Of a DNA stretch of 64,000 nt, positions 38,757 to 48,111 are shown in pieces. The stretch spans positions 192,001 through 256,000 of the forward strand of contig CBDCQT010000012.1 of the NCBI GenBank assembly GCA_965220745.1. Reading direction: 5' to 3'. The position numbers were made by a program, and so were the translations under genes. The notes beneath the pieces are model-generated. The model was not told the DNA's origin and did not search any database. It saw only the letters and a list, made by a program, of their open reading frames with translations. The stretch is from Alphaproteobacteria bacterium (GTDB lineage Bacteria; Pseudomonadota; Alphaproteobacteria; UBA828). Numbering within the stretch: position 1 is the stretch's first letter; each line of letters starts with the position of its first letter.

Positions 38757-38850
38757 GTCACGCCGTCGAGATCCATCGCCTGTGCGATCAAGCGGCCGTC
38801 CTTGTCCGCCGCCTCGACCAGGTGGGCGTAGCGTGCCGCGGTCCGGTGTT
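38757..38850 (-). pseudogene. C-terminal remnant of a second tyrosine integrase
   Basis: Minus frame reads TAARYAHLVEAADKDGRLIAQAMDL, matching the RYAH...EAAAERIG tail of the integrase at 30.9 kb. Confidence 0.55.
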
Positions 38851-38921
38851 GCCGGTGCTCGAGCAGCCTGCCCGCCAGGGGCAGGTGCTCGCCGGGACAT
38901 TCCGCGTCTCCTCCATAGCGC

Positions 38922-41900
38922 TCACATGCTCCACGACCGCCCCCTGTCGCGGCTCTTGGACTGGGCCTGGCGCTGCGGCGAGAGTCTGTCCATCCGCGAC
39001 ACCGAGTCGGCCACGGGTTCCACGAAGTCTTCTCCGCGCTTGAGGTGGGCGCCGTAGGTCCCGGGATCGTCGAGGATCGCCCTGCCCTCCCGGCGCAGGC
39101 GCTCGTTCCGCTCTAGCCAGTTCGCATAGGCGGGCAGGGTGGCGATGCGCACGTCGAGCGCCCTGGCGCGGTGCCTCAGCTTGTGGAAGCGCTTCCAGTG
39201 CTCGTCGGAGGCCTTGAGCCAGTTCTGAACGTGGGTGCGCGTCCGGACGTGCGCGAGGTGACCGTCGACCATAGCTTGAAGTTGCCGGCGCGGCTCGGCA
39301 GGAACCCGCTCGTTCCCGGCGAACTCGGCGATGCGCTCGATCAGCGCGGCGGCGCCGTCGAGATCGTAGGGGGAGATGCCGGCCCGTTCCGCCCGTGCGC
39401 GATGCAGGTTCCAGTTGAGGCGCAGGAGCCGGTATTCAACTCCCGAAAGCGGTGACGGCACCGTGTTGTTCGCCTGACCTGTGGCTGCGGGGCGCTTCGG
39501 CGGGTGGGCCGGGGGGCGAGCCTCCGTCTCGACCGACTTCTCCGCGGAACGTGCCTCCTGTGCTTCCTGCGAGCGCTCCGGTTGCGACCGCCGGACTTGC
39601 GCGGCCTTGCCGGCGACAGAGCGGCGGTATCTGCCCGCCCGGGCATACACGTCCCCGAGCTCATCGATCTCGCCCTGGCCGATGCCGGCGCGCTCGGCCA
39701 GCAGGCGCTCGAAGACCTGCGGCCTGGCACGGAACGTTTCTGCCTGCCTCATCAGTGCGCCGTGGCGGTCGAGGGTCTCGCGGAAAGCCGGGCTCAGCGC
39801 AACCGCATCGCCCTCGCTGCGCGTCCTCTCCCGAAGCGAATCCCACGCTGCCAGTACGTGCGTACGCTCGGCGGCGAATGCGTCCACCGCCGGGCCGTGG
39901 CGCCAGCCGGCAACCGCGTGGCGGATTTCTTCGGCAATGCGCACGATCGCGTTGTCATTCGCAGCGGCGTGGGTCTGGGTCTCGGTCGCCTCTCCACTCC
40001 CGTCGCTGGGACCGTCATGCCCTCTACCGTTCGATCGGCTACCGCCGTTGCCGACGTCCGTCCGCGCACCTTCGTGCGCATCCCGCCACGCGTCGTCCGA
40101 GACGTAGTCAAGCGCCGCTTCCTTGGGCTCGGACCGCGACCAGCGCTCCGCCAGATACGCACGCACATCTGAGTCCATCACGGGCAACTCGGCCTGATCC
40201 TCCGGTCGGCGCTCTGCGATGTCGAGGGTGATCGGCGAGCGGTTGACGTAGATGTCGATGCCCTCGCGATGCCGGGTAGCCGCCGGATAGATCGTCTCCC
40301 GTGCGGGCCGGTCGTCCACCAGCAGGAAGGCCCAGTCCACCGTCAGCCCCTGGGCGGAGGCGATGGTCATCGCATAGCCGTAGTCGAGGCGGATGTTGTC
40401 GTGCCAGTCGCGGATCTCGTCGTGGCGGAACGAGACCCTGCGCCCGTCGTCGGTCCGGGCCGTAACGTGGATGGGGGGCTCGTCCCACGAGCGCTTCGGC
40501 TCGGAACCGTCGATGTCGGCCGCCGTCTCCCGCCCGCCGGCTCGCCGGTTCCGGGCCTTGCGCGACACCGGGGTGTCTTTCGCGGGCCGCACTTCGAGGT
40601 CTTCCACCGTGACCACGGTGCCGTTGAAGAGCTGCTTCTCCCAATGAGTCGCGCCGATGCGGATGCGGTCGCCCACCGCGATCTCCAGCGGCTCCGTCAC
40701 CCGCCCGTCCAGGTCCCGGCTCACCTGGATGACCGCGCGCTTCGCGTTGGGGGTTTGCGCCAGTACCCGCTCCCGCATCAGCCAGGACAGCGCCCGCGCC
40801 TCGGCGCGCGTGCGCGCGAGCACGACGGTGGACGTCTCGGGCTCCGCACGCACATGCCGTTCCCAGTCCTCAACGAGCTTGGTCAGGGTCTTCTCTTCGT
40901 CGTGGTGGAGATGGAGCCGGTTGCGCAGATGCCAGGCCTCGATCGCCTGCTCCGCCTCCCCGTCCCTGAGCGCTTCCGAGACCGCCACCTGCCACGGCGT
41001 GAACAGGGGTTTCTTCTCCATCGCCTCGTACTCGGCGAGGATCGCGTCGCGCTCCTGCGGATTGGTCAGGCCCGCCCGGAAGCGCGCCTGCTCCGGCGTC
41101 TCCTTGTGCACGTGGACCAGCACGTCCTCGAGGTCCGCCTTCTGGCGCCTGATGCGGTCCACGCGAATGCTGCCCGCGACGTCCCGGATCAGTCGCAGTC
41201 CGGGCCCCGCCTCCACCGGCTGCTGCTGCCGGGTGTCGCCCGCGAACACCACCTTGGCGCCGTGGCGCTCGGAGAGCTGCAGGATGTGATGGGCCTGCCG
41301 CGTCGACAGCATCCCCGCCTCGTCCACCACGATCAGCGTATTGCGACCGATCTCCACCTGGCCCTTTGCGGCAAGCTTGAGGAGCTTGTCGACGCAGTAG
41401 GTGCGCGCATCACAATCATCGCCCAACGCCACCGCCGTCCGCCATGCGACGGCTGTCGGTACGATCTCGTAGCCGTGCTCCTTGTGAAGGTCCGTGATGG
41501 GTCTGAGCGTGGTGGTCTTGCCCGAGCCTGCCGCGCCCTCGATCACCGCGACACGTCCGTCCTTTATCGTGGCATGACGGATGGCCAGCGACTGCTCCTG
41601 GCTCAGCGGGTAGCCCTCCGCCAGCAGGGTGTCCACCTTCTCCTTGACCGCCTCTTCCGGCAGGCCGTGGCCGGTATCGGCGGCCATGGCTTGCGTCATG
41701 TCCTTGACCGCCTGTTCCAGTCCCAGGTTGTGGCGGGTAGAATAGACTTCCGTGTGGACCATGCCGGCCCTGGATTCGGCCGTGGGCTTCTTCGGCTCAA
41801 GCCGCTCGATCTCCGGGTTGCGGCGCAGACGCTCGATGGCCGTCCCCACCGCCTCCCGACCCATCAGCCTTGCCGCCGCGTTCGCCGCCGCCTCCACCAT

Positions 41901-42935
41901 GTCCGGGCGCCGGAATACCGCCTCTTCCCGGGCCAGATGGGCGGGAAGATCGTCGAGCCTCTCCGTCACTTCGCGGATGGCCTCCCGGCCGATCTTCACG
42001 TCATGGCCGGTGAGAGCGGCGATCAATTCCTCCCTCTCGACGAAGCCCTCGGCCTCGCTGCGCCAGCGCCGGTGCCTCACCTCCGGATCGTTGTCGTGCG
42101 ACTTCCCTTCGCGCGTGAGCTTGTTCACCCCCGCCATGCGCGATGCGTTGCCCAATGACAGGATGCCCAATTCCCCGGCCCGCGCGACGATCGCCTTTCT
42201 GCGCTTCGACCAGAACGCCTGCAAATCCTCCGGCATCCCTTCTATGCGCGTGAACTCCGCGTTGGGACCGTACTGCTGCATCCTGACGCCCAGACTCTGT
42301 TGCAGCTCCCACGCCACATAGGCGCGGAACAGGGCGCCCGCCGCCTTCTTCCAGCTGTAGACCGGGTACTGGTGATGCGCCCGCCACTTGCCGTCCTCGC
42401 GGGTGCGCGCGATGTTGAAGATCGTGCAGTGGACGTGAAGCTGCGGGTCGTTCTCACGGCTGGTGCCGTGGACGAAGGTCGCGCCCATCAGGTCCGCTTC
42501 CACCGGCCGAGCGACCCCTTTCTCGCTGACGCGGGTGTAGCTGCAATGTCTCAGCACCGTGTCTTCGAGCGCCGCCCGCGCTGAGGCCACCGCCATCGTC
42601 TCGATCCGCTCGCGCATCTCCGGCTCTGCGATGGCCCACAGCGCCGAGACGCTCTTGTCCACCGAGAACGTCATGTCGCCGCCGGGGGAGCGGTCCGGAT
42701 TGCCGGCGCGCTGCACCAGCTTGCCCGATCCGTCCGGGGCGAAGCCCGAGTAGAGGCGGTGGAAGTGGCCGGAATCTACCTTGCCGCCATCTTCAAGGCC
42801 GAACAGGTTCTTGGGGTTGAACCAGGTGCCGTCCGGCTCCTCTCCCGCCGTGTAGTACTCGTTGGGGTGCCGGAACGAGCGCTGGCTCTCCAGGTAGTAC
42901 TCGGCAGATGCCATCTGCCCGATGGTCGCTACCAT
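38922..42935 (-). CDS. MOB_F (TrwC-type) relaxase-helicase
   Basis: N-terminal YY...YY tyrosines, DMTFSVDKSVS, HGTSRENDPQLHVH, WSKRR; RecD-like helicase GAAGSGKTT, VDEAGM, GDTRQ, YAMTIASAQGLT. Confidence 0.93.
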   Translation of the reverse strand: MVATIGQMASAEYYLESQRSFRHPNEYYTAGEEPDGTWFNPKNLFGLEDGGKVDSGHFHRLYSGFAPDGSGKLVQRAGNPDRSPGGDMTFSVDKSVSALWAIAEPEMRERIETMAVASARAALEDTVLRHCSYTRVSEKGVARPVEADLMGATFVHGTSRENDPQLHVHCTIFNIARTREDGKWRAHHQYPVYSWKKAAGALFRAYVAWELQQSLGVRMQQYGPNAEFTRIEGMPEDLQAFWSKRRKAIVARAGELGILSLGNASRMAGVNKLTREGKSHDNDPEVRHRRWRSEAEGFVEREELIAALTGHDVKIGREAIREVTERLDDLPAHLAREEAVFRRPDMVEAAANAAARLMGREAVGTAIERLRRNPEIERLEPKKPTAESRAGMVHTEVYSTRHNLGLEQAVKDMTQAMAADTGHGLPEEAVKEKVDTLLAEGYPLSQEQSLAIRHATIKDGRVAVIEGAAGSGKTTTLRPITDLHKEHGYEIVPTAVAWRTAVALGDDCDARTYCVDKLLKLAAKGQVEIGRNTLIVVDEAGMLSTRQAHHILQLSERHGAKVVFAGDTRQQQPVEAGPGLRLIRDVAGSIRVDRIRRQKADLEDVLVHVHKETPEQARFRAGLTNPQERDAILAEYEAMEKKPLFTPWQVAVSEALRDGEAEQAIEAWHLRNRLHLHHDEEKTLTKLVEDWERHVRAEPETSTVVLARTRAEARALSWLMRERVLAQTPNAKRAVIQVSRDLDGRVTEPLEIAVGDRIRIGATHWEKQLFNGTVVTVEDLEVRPAKDTPVSRKARNRRAGGRETAADIDGSEPKRSWDEPPIHVTARTDDGRRVSFRHDEIRDWHDNIRLDYGYAMTIASAQGLTVDWAFLLVDDRPARETIYPAATRHREGIDIYVNRSPITLDIAERRPEDQAELPVMDSDVRAYLAERWSRSEPKEAALDYVSDDAWRDAHEGARTDVGNGGSRSNGRGHDGPSDGSGEATETQTHAAANDNAIVRIAEEIRHAVAGWRHGPAVDAFAAERTHVLAAWDSLRERTRSEGDAVALSPAFRETLDRHGALMRQAETFRARPQVFERLLAERAGIGQGEIDELGDVYARAGRYRRSVAGKAAQVRRSQPERSQEAQEARSAEKSVETEARPPAHPPKRPAATGQANNTVPSPLSGVEYRLLRLNWNLHRARAERAGISPYDLDGAAALIERIAEFAGNERVPAEPRRQLQAMVDGHLAHVRTRTHVQNWLKASDEHWKRFHKLRHRARALDVRIATLPAYANWLERNERLRREGRAILDDPGTYGAHLKRGEDFVEPVADSVSRMDRLSPQRQAQSKSRDRGRSWSM

Positions 42936-43094
42936 GGCGGGGCCGTTCCGAAGCAGTGAAGGCGGGCGATCATCGGAACGACGGGTCCGCCATGGGTATT
43001 CTGTGCTGTGGGCGTGTCGCCGCGCGGCAGTAACGCCCTGTAAACACGGGGTCGTTCGCTCGCACCGCGCGCATTTCCGTCATCCACGACCACT

Positions 43095-43150
43095 CTACAA
43101 GCCCTATACAACGGCCCTGCAAGCGTCAGCTTGCACAGGTGTGACGGGCT
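43095..43150. promoter_or_regulatory. Candidate oriT hairpin
   Basis: TGCAAGC-GTCA-GCTTGCA (43118-43135), about 180 bp upstream of the relaxase start. Confidence 0.35.
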
Positions 43151-43508
43151 GTCTTTTCTCTCATGTGCTTCGCTCACGACGAGATACATCATATAGTGGG
43201 TCGCCCGACGGGGATGGGCGACGGGGCGATGGCGGTCGTCTTGGCGAAGCCTGTACAAACCACCATGAGCGCCATCGATGTGCGGACCGGTTGCGAGAGC
43301 GCAGGTTCGAGCAACGGTCCGGGGGTGTGGTGCTGACGATTGCCGCCTGGCGACACAGTGGCGAGACGGCATGGAAGGGCGTTGGCCAAGAGGGGAGAGA
43401 GGAGCGCGGGCGATGGCTCCTCAGCCTCTTTGAGATAGAGAGAAGCGCTCAGACTAATGTGAAGTTTCGGCTGACTTATAAAGGCGAACTGCGCCCCACC
43501 GGACGCCG

Positions 43509-43712
43509 TCAGTAGCGGCGGAAGCTGCGCTCGCTCATCCCCGGAAGCTCCACCGCCTCCAGGGAGGAAAGCCGCCGTGCTTGCCAGTGTCCCACCTCCT
43601 GAAGGCTCTGCATCCTGCGATCCTGTAGCAACGCCGTCCGGTTCATCGCCCCCCGAGAAACCAAACCGGACAATTCGTGTGCTACATAAAACCGGACACA
43701 TAATCTGCTAGG
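43509..43712 (-). mobile_element. ISNCY/IS1202-like left-end remnant with degenerate transposase N-terminus
   Basis: MNRTALLQDRRM...ELPGMSERSFRRY then a stop; repeated AAACCGGACA units upstream as seen in such IS ends. Confidence 0.6.
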
Positions 43713-44059
43713 GAAGGTCTGAATAAGTGCCTCCTGCATTTCTCAGACGCGCAAGGCGGAAGCGCGCTTTCCGCTTTGCTCACATTTTCAGTGACTTACA
43801 GCCACCGAAAATGGTGGCACATCCCTGTGCCACGGGAACCCCTGATAAATCAGAGGTTCCCTAGGGGACACGCACACGCCTCGCGCACACGCCTCGCGCT
43901 TGACACCTTCTCGGGCACCAAACATCATTCCTGCAGGGTGCCGGTCGGACGGCAGTTATCAAGAATAAGAACAATTTTGATGTCTTGCCGGGCAGCGGTC
44001 CGCGAAAACCTGACCCCTGACCGGCAGCCATCGACTGGTCATCCAAGGGAGGTCAAGAA

Positions 44060-45385
44060 ATGATCCGACAATCAAGGCAGACCAAACGCTCCGCTGCCGT
44101 TGCTGCAGCATTCGCCGGCGCATTCGCGCTACTTCTCACGACCGGCGCGCCATCCGCGACCGCCGCCGACGTCTACACCCCGGCGCCGCCCGAGCCCGGC
44201 ACCGACATTCCGACGGCGGAAGTGAACTTCGGCATGCGCCCCTATGCCGACAACACCTTCTACGTCATCGCAATGAAGAAGGGCTGGTTCGCAGACGCCG
44301 GCATCACGATCGGGCCGGAAGAGCTCGGCCTGAAGGTCACCGACACCAACGTCAACGCGCTGCTCCTCAACGGTCAGCTCGACATCTCGAGCCAATACTG
44401 TCCGTTGATGCTGCCGACCTACAAGAGCGCGAACACGCTGAAGTGCATCGCGTTCACCGACAACTTCCTCGGCACCGCGCTGCTCGCCAACCCCGAGCTC
44501 GGGCTGAAGAGCTTCAAGGAGTACATCGCCGAGGGCATGGGCTTCGAGGAGGCAATCACGGCCTCGTTGGCGCCGATGAACGGCAAGACCCTGGTGGGCT
44601 CGCCGGTGCTGAGCAAGCGGCCGTTCGAGGAGGCCGTCTCGGCGTTCTCAGGCGCGACCTGGGATCTCGACCTGATGGACGATGCCAAGTCGCTCGTGCT
44701 GGCCAAGGCCGGCCGTATCGACTTCGTCAATCCCGAAGGCGCGCCGATCGTCTATACCCTGATGAAGGCGGGATGGACCAACCTCATCGACGTCGGCGAC
44801 CTCTACAACTACGGGCCCGGCGGCGTGGATTCGCCCATGCAGAAGCTGGTGACCATCGTCGGCATCGCGTCGAACTCGAACTACATCAACGAGAACCAGA
44901 ACACGATCCTGCGCTTCCTCTCCGTGGCGTGGCGCACGCTCGCCGCGGTCGACGAAGACCCCTCTCTCTATGAGCTCCAGGCGCCCTATCTGAACAGCGT
45001 CGCGGGAACCGACCTGGATGCCAAGGGAGTGGAAGAGACGGTCGCCATCCTGCATCCCTACTCGTCGTTCGAGTACAACGAGAAGTACTACCGCGACGAG
45101 TCGAGCCTGCTCTACTACCTGAACGCCTGGCCCGCGATCATCGCGGACTGGGCCGAGAAGGGCCTGCTGCCTGCGGATGCGGTCACGGCCGAGCAGTTCG
45201 TCTGGGGCGCGGCGATCTGGGAGCAGATGAAGGACTACCAGGCGAAGTCGGCGGCGATGATCGCCGATCTCGAAGGCCAGTCCCTTGATGCCGACAAGCA
45301 GGCGCTGCTGGACCAGGCCAAGCAGTACTTCGAGTGGTTCAACTTCCTGGATGCCTACCGTCTGGCAACTGCTGCGTCGTCGTAG
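44060..45385 (+). CDS. ABC substrate-binding protein (NitT/TauT/SsuA-type, divergent)
   Basis: Signal peptide; IAMKKGWFADAGI; first gene of a NitT/TauT-type operon; GGGAGG RBS. Confidence 0.8.
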   Translation: MIRQSRQTKRSAAVAAAFAGAFALLLTTGAPSATAADVYTPAPPEPGTDIPTAEVNFGMRPYADNTFYVIAMKKGWFADAGITIGPEELGLKVTDTNVNALLLNGQLDISSQYCPLMLPTYKSANTLKCIAFTDNFLGTALLANPELGLKSFKEYIAEGMGFEEAITASLAPMNGKTLVGSPVLSKRPFEEAVSAFSGATWDLDLMDDAKSLVLAKAGRIDFVNPEGAPIVYTLMKAGWTNLIDVGDLYNYGPGGVDSPMQKLVTIVGIASNSNYINENQNTILRFLSVAWRTLAAVDEDPSLYELQAPYLNSVAGTDLDAKGVEETVAILHPYSSFEYNEKYYRDESSLLYYLNAWPAIIADWAEKGLLPADAVTAEQFVWGAAIWEQMKDYQAKSAAMIADLEGQSLDADKQALLDQAKQYFEWFNFLDAYRLATAASS

Positions 45386-45546
45386 GCACGGGCGTTTGAC
45401 CCTCGCCTGACGAGAGGCGCAAGGGATCAATTCAAGGCCGGCCGGCGCGCAGCGTCAGTTACGACCAGCGCGCCGGCCGTGCCGTCCCCGCCGGGGGGCG
45501 GTGCAACGGTCTGGATGGCCCACGGTGAAGCCGGCATAGTTCGGTG

Positions 45547-46344
45547 ATGGCGCAGCGGTTTGACGTTCTCGGCCTGATCGGTCTCGTGCTCCTGGTGGCC
45601 GTCTGGCAGCTGCTGACGTTCGCCATCCCGCTGATCGCGCTGCCGCATCCGGCCCACGTGGCCGAGCGCATCGGCGAGGACTTTATCGTCGCGGACTACC
45701 TGCTGTTCTACGGATTGCCCGAGACGGGCCTCCTCGACAGCATGATCTACACGACCCAGAACGTCCTGATCGCGGTGGCCCTCGGGGCCACCGTCGGCAC
45801 CGTGTGTGGCCTGGTGACGGCACGCTTCGATCTGATCCGAGCGGTCATCGATCCGGTGCTCTTGGTGCTGGGGACAATCCCCATCCTCGTCCTGGCGCCG
45901 TTCTTCCTGATCTGGTTCGGCACTGGCAGGACCAGCGCCGTGCTGCTGGTGGCCATCTACGTTGCCGTCATCCTCTATATCTACGCCCAGCGCGCCGCGA
46001 GCACGCTGAATCCGGTCTACGAAGACGCCGCCTACACGCTGGGCGCGAGCCGCCGGCGTGTCGTCTGGGACGTGCTCATCAAGGGCACGGTGCCGCAGAT
46101 CCTCGGCGGCATCCGGATCGCGTTGGCGGGCGCCTGGGGCCTGGAGGCCATCGCCGAGCTGCTCGGCGCGCAGCAGGGCATCGGCAAGATCGTCCAGGTC
46201 CTCGCCGGCTCCACGGACATGGAGGGCATCTTCGCCGCTCTCCTCGTGCTCGGTATCCTGGCGGTTGTGTTCGATGCCTTCACCGCCCGATTCTTCTCCT
46301 ACGTCTCGGCGTGGAGCGTCGAGGCCCGCACCGGCGGAGGGTGA
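45547..46344 (+). CDS. NitT/TauT-type ABC permease
   Basis: TIPILVLAPFFLIWFG, EDAAYTLGASR (EAA loop), AELLGAQQGIG. Confidence 0.88.
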   Translation: MAQRFDVLGLIGLVLLVAVWQLLTFAIPLIALPHPAHVAERIGEDFIVADYLLFYGLPETGLLDSMIYTTQNVLIAVALGATVGTVCGLVTARFDLIRAVIDPVLLVLGTIPILVLAPFFLIWFGTGRTSAVLLVAIYVAVILYIYAQRAASTLNPVYEDAAYTLGASRRRVVWDVLIKGTVPQILGGIRIALAGAWGLEAIAELLGAQQGIGKIVQVLAGSTDMEGIFAALLVLGILAVVFDAFTARFFSYVSAWSVEARTGGG

Positions 46345-46348
46345 TCCA

Positions 46349-47185
46349 GTGGCAAGGGCGGCAGACGGCAGAGACGTCATCGTGGCCAGCAATCTGTCGC
46401 GAACCTTCCGGCGCGCGGACCGGCAGATGGTGACGGCGCTCGACGACGTGACCTTCGGGATCGACCGGGGCCAGTTCGTCTGCCTGGTCGGGCCGTCCGG
46501 TTGCGGCAAGTCGACGCTGCTCAAGCTCATCGCCGGGCTCATGCTGCCGTCCTCCGGCGCCCTCGAGGTGGAGGGCGAGAGCGTCACCCAGCCCGGCCCC
46601 GAGCGCGGCATGGTGTTCCAGCAGGACAGCGTCTTCCCCTGGCTGCGCGTGATCGACAACGTCGAGTACGGGTTGAAGTGCAGGGGCGTCGGCAGGGCCG
46701 AGCGGCGCAAGAGCGCCGAGTTCTACCTGGAGCGCGTGGGCCTCTCGCATGTCGCCAGGGCGTGGCCGCGCGAGCTCTCCGGCGGGATGCTGAAGCGGGT
46801 CGCCGTGGCCACGGTCTTCGCCAACGGCGCGAACGTGCTGCTGCTCGACGAGCCCTTCGGCGCGGTCGACTACGTCACCAAGCGCAACCTCCACGACGTT
46901 CTGTTGGCGCTGTGGACCGAGGCGGGCTCGACCGAACGCCGTACCGTGGTTTTCGTGACCCACGACGTGGACGAAGCGCTGATCCTGGCGGACCGCATTC
47001 TGGTCATGCACAGCGGCCGCATCGTCGACGATCTCGCGGTCACGGCACCCAGGCCGCGCACGACCGACGGGCTCATGGAGCCCACCATGGTGCGGCACAA
47101 GCATGTTCTGCTCGCGCACCTCGGCCTCGAGAGCCGGCAGGGCGCCGCCGAGGCGCCGGCGGGCGGGGAGGGGACTGCGCCATGA
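46349..47185 (+). CDS. NitT/TauT-type ABC ATPase
   Basis: GPSGCGKST, VFQQDSVFPW, LSGGM, DEPFGA, VTHDVDEA; GTG 46349. Confidence 0.92.
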   Translation: MARAADGRDVIVASNLSRTFRRADRQMVTALDDVTFGIDRGQFVCLVGPSGCGKSTLLKLIAGLMLPSSGALEVEGESVTQPGPERGMVFQQDSVFPWLRVIDNVEYGLKCRGVGRAERRKSAEFYLERVGLSHVARAWPRELSGGMLKRVAVATVFANGANVLLLDEPFGAVDYVTKRNLHDVLLALWTEAGSTERRTVVFVTHDVDEALILADRILVMHSGRIVDDLAVTAPRPRTTDGLMEPTMVRHKHVLLAHLGLESRQGAAEAPAGGEGTAP

Positions 47186-48054
47186 AGTGGCTGATCGCCC
47201 AGTTCCGCCGCCGCCTCGTCTCGATCCTGGTGCTGCTCGCGATGGCCGGAATCTGGCAGATCCTGTCGACGATCTACACTGCGGAAGCGGTTCCGGGCGA
47301 GCCCATGGTGCCGGGCTGGCAGATCGTGTTCAGCCGCACCCTGCTCTCGCTCTCGGATTATTGGCAGGGAGGCCTTGGCGTCCCATCGGTCGCCGAGGGC
47401 GCACCGCAGAGCTACCTCGCCGCGCTGCTCTCCATCCTGGACCACTCGGTCGACACCATCGTGCGGCTCTACGTCGGCCTCCTGATCGGCGGCATCGTCG
47501 GCTCGCTGCTCGGCATGGCGGTGTCGTGGTCGCCGTGGACTCGCCGGATCGTCGACCTGCCGGTCCAGCTCCTGCGGACCCTGCCGCTGCTCGCCATGGT
47601 GCCGATGTTCCAGCTCTGGTTCGGCATCGACTTCGTCGGCAAGATCGCCTTCGTCGGCTACGGCGTTGGCGTCATCTTCTTCGCCGGCGTGGTGAACGCG
47701 GTGAAGAACGTCCCGCAGATTTATATCGACAACGCGCGGACCCTCGGCGCCTCGCGCCTGCAGATCTACCGCACCGTCGTTCTGCCGGCGATCTTTCCCG
47801 AGATGCGGGGGACCATCCTGCTCAGCCTCGGTATCGGCTGGGCGGCGGTGCTCGGCGCGGAGTACCTGGGCGCCCAGTCCGGGCTCGGCTACGTGATCAT
47901 CTACTCCGAGCAGTTCGCGTATCTGGACAGGATGTTCGTGGTGGCGCTGATCTTCGTGTTCTACGCCTCGATCAGCTACGCCATCTTCGACCGGCTATCG
48001 AGACGGCTGCTGCAGTGGACGCCGCAGGCGGGGCGCGTGGTTGCCCACGGCTGA
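47182..48054 (+). CDS. NitT/TauT-type ABC permease
   Basis: LRTLPLLAMVPMFQLWFG, NARTLGASR, AEYLGAQSGLG; ATG 47182. Confidence 0.88.
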   Translation: MKWLIAQFRRRLVSILVLLAMAGIWQILSTIYTAEAVPGEPMVPGWQIVFSRTLLSLSDYWQGGLGVPSVAEGAPQSYLAALLSILDHSVDTIVRLYVGLLIGGIVGSLLGMAVSWSPWTRRIVDLPVQLLRTLPLLAMVPMFQLWFGIDFVGKIAFVGYGVGVIFFAGVVNAVKNVPQIYIDNARTLGASRLQIYRTVVLPAIFPEMRGTILLSLGIGWAAVLGAEYLGAQSGLGYVIIYSEQFAYLDRMFVVALIFVFYASISYAIFDRLSRRLLQWTPQAGRVVAHG

Positions 48055-48111
48055 GGCCGTCGCGGTGCGCGCCTATCCATCAGCGGCGACATCGAAGGGA
48101 GTGAAGGCATC

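Noticed and set aside
43455-43515. Short VKFRLTYKGELRPTG start cut by the IS remnant
   Set aside because: May be a gene stub, but too short to name.
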